Position numbers and translations under genes: made by a program. Below the pieces are notes generated by a model, which worked only from the letters and a program-made list of their open reading frames with translations, did no database searches and was not told the origin of the DNA. A stretch of DNA of 64,000 nt, from contig OZ241832.1 of the NCBI GenBank assembly GCA_965202585.1, positions 33,976,001 through 34,040,000 on the forward strand, in the 5' to 3' direction. Source of the stretch: Thalia democratica (taxonomy: Eukaryota). Shown piece by piece: positions 62,701 to 64,000 of the stretch. Each line of letters starts with the position of its first letter. Positions within the stretch are counted from its first letter, which is position 1.

Positions 62701-64000
62701 TTAGAACAAACCCCATCATGAACGAAGAAGATATACAACTGAATCCGTTTCATTTTACCAACAGTATGTTGTTTTATAATGAATATACTTTAATAATGGC
62801 CAAGTATATGACAGGATATACCCCACTTTGAATAATTATAACAAAGAATAAGAAATTCTTAATATTAAAGTGCACATTAAGCTCTTATCAAAATTAGACT
62901 GCTGCTCAAACAAAAAAAAATTCAGACGCGAGCAAATTCGAGCATTGCGCGACGCCACTACAGTTGAACGAGACGGACATGGAAGAGTGCACTCCACCCG
63001 CCTCGTTCGACTACTTCACCGGCAGTGAGGTGTCCTACGCTCTCACATTCACCTTCTTCGGACTGTTCATAATCGGTTTGTGCTTTGTTACATTTGCAAG
63101 TGTGCTTAGTATGTTAGGTCGAGTTCAAGTTTTGTTTAAAATATTAAAAGAGCAAGTATTATCAGTTTTTTTCGTTAGTTTAAAACTTTTAATTAACATT
63201 CGAACTAACGGTGCTGATAACTAAGATTAACTAAAACTTAAACTTTGTTTTAACTTAAAAAAATTAATATAAATTTTTTAGTCAAAAAACAAAAAAGCTA
63301 TCACTTTTATTAATTTTACATAGTTCAAGCTTTTATATACTTTTAGTTTAAATCCTACTTTTAAGTTTGTGAAAGATTGACATGCAGGTAAAACGACGTA
63401 TTATACAAGTTTAACTTTTCAATCATAGGAACCGCCTTGTTCATGCTTGTTCTGGGTCGGCAGTACGACAGAAAGAGGCATTTGTTGAGGCGTCAGGTGG
63501 CTAGATTGACCAAAGTGGAGAAAAGCGACGTGCTGATATCAGCAACCGAAATCGTCGACACGAAGAACACCAGAGACATTCACGTGAGAATTGAAATAAA
63601 AATCAACATTGTTATAATTGTTACAACCTAATTGTTGTTCAGATGAGGTTCGAAGGCAAACTTTTGAAAATAACTTCGACGTCGCGCAAGCCTCTGAGGT
63701 GCATCGACGTCGGCGTTTTCAGGAACTTCCTCATCGCAAAGTCGTACAACAGAGGCAGAAAAAATTTGTTCGTACGCCCCGAAGGAGACACGCATGATTT
63801 AGTTAGTTTATAAAATGTAACCAACTAAGTTAAAGTTGCTCAAAAAAGTTAATTTTTCAGCAAGTACAAACGATTAAATATTTAAAAAGCTTACATAAAG
63901 TGGAATACTATACTTACTATAGTGTTTATTAAAAAGTTAAAGAAAGGCCAAATGAACTACTAAAAAGTTAAGACAAAACCACTTTTGATAGAAACTATTT
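53752..64000 (+). CDS. DUOX: Dual oxidase, 5' partial (signal peptide, peroxidase-like ectodomain, first TM helix, start of cytosolic region); continues beyond window
   Basis: Exons 53752-53791 (MLIFLVLIFLISE), 54960-55046 (YDGWYNN), 55277-55438 (YKDGVYQPSG...PNPR), 55727-55917 (FFGQQVVEEVLD...GCPPEYFNIKIP), 56211-56345, 57751-57898, 58321-58493 (LGNPRGNENPFLL), 59197-59296, 60348-60462 (FQSAAMRFGHTLVPPG), 60569-60677, 61456-61611, 62085-62204 (QRGRDHGLPDYN), 62290-62468 (DQFERIRDADRFWYEN), 62642-62763, 62926-63075 (DYFTGSE + TM), 63429-63583, 63643-63801. All phases are consistent. Confidence 0.95.

Overview
AT-rich animal genomic DNA with many short introns. It is most consistent with an invertebrate chordate such as an ascidian (inference: vertebrate-like poly-His tract in the Cav3 I-II linker, invertebrate-type DUOX, retained minor spliceosome). 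Three intron-containing genes were assembled by hand. (1) A complete T-type calcium channel alpha-1 gene (Cav3; minus strand 30086->2156; 40 coding exons, ~2087 aa; EEDD filter; first coding intron is U12 AT-AC). (2) A divergent Rel/NF-kB homology domain gene (plus strand ~42045-47528) that appears to start with a transmembrane segment, has a degenerate and possibly alternatively spliced DNA-recognition loop, and stops right after the IPT domain. This is the most novel element in the window. (3) The 5' part of a dual oxidase gene (DUOX; plus strand 53752->window end; 17 exons). Between Cav3 and the Rel-like gene lies a cluster of non-autonomous DNA transposons (hAT, Mutator-like, pogo/Tigger-like). 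Adjacent exons of one gene switch sharply between high and low GC3. No rRNA, tRNA or CRISPR array was seen. All exon joins are manual predictions without transcript data, and comparisons with reference proteins are from memory.
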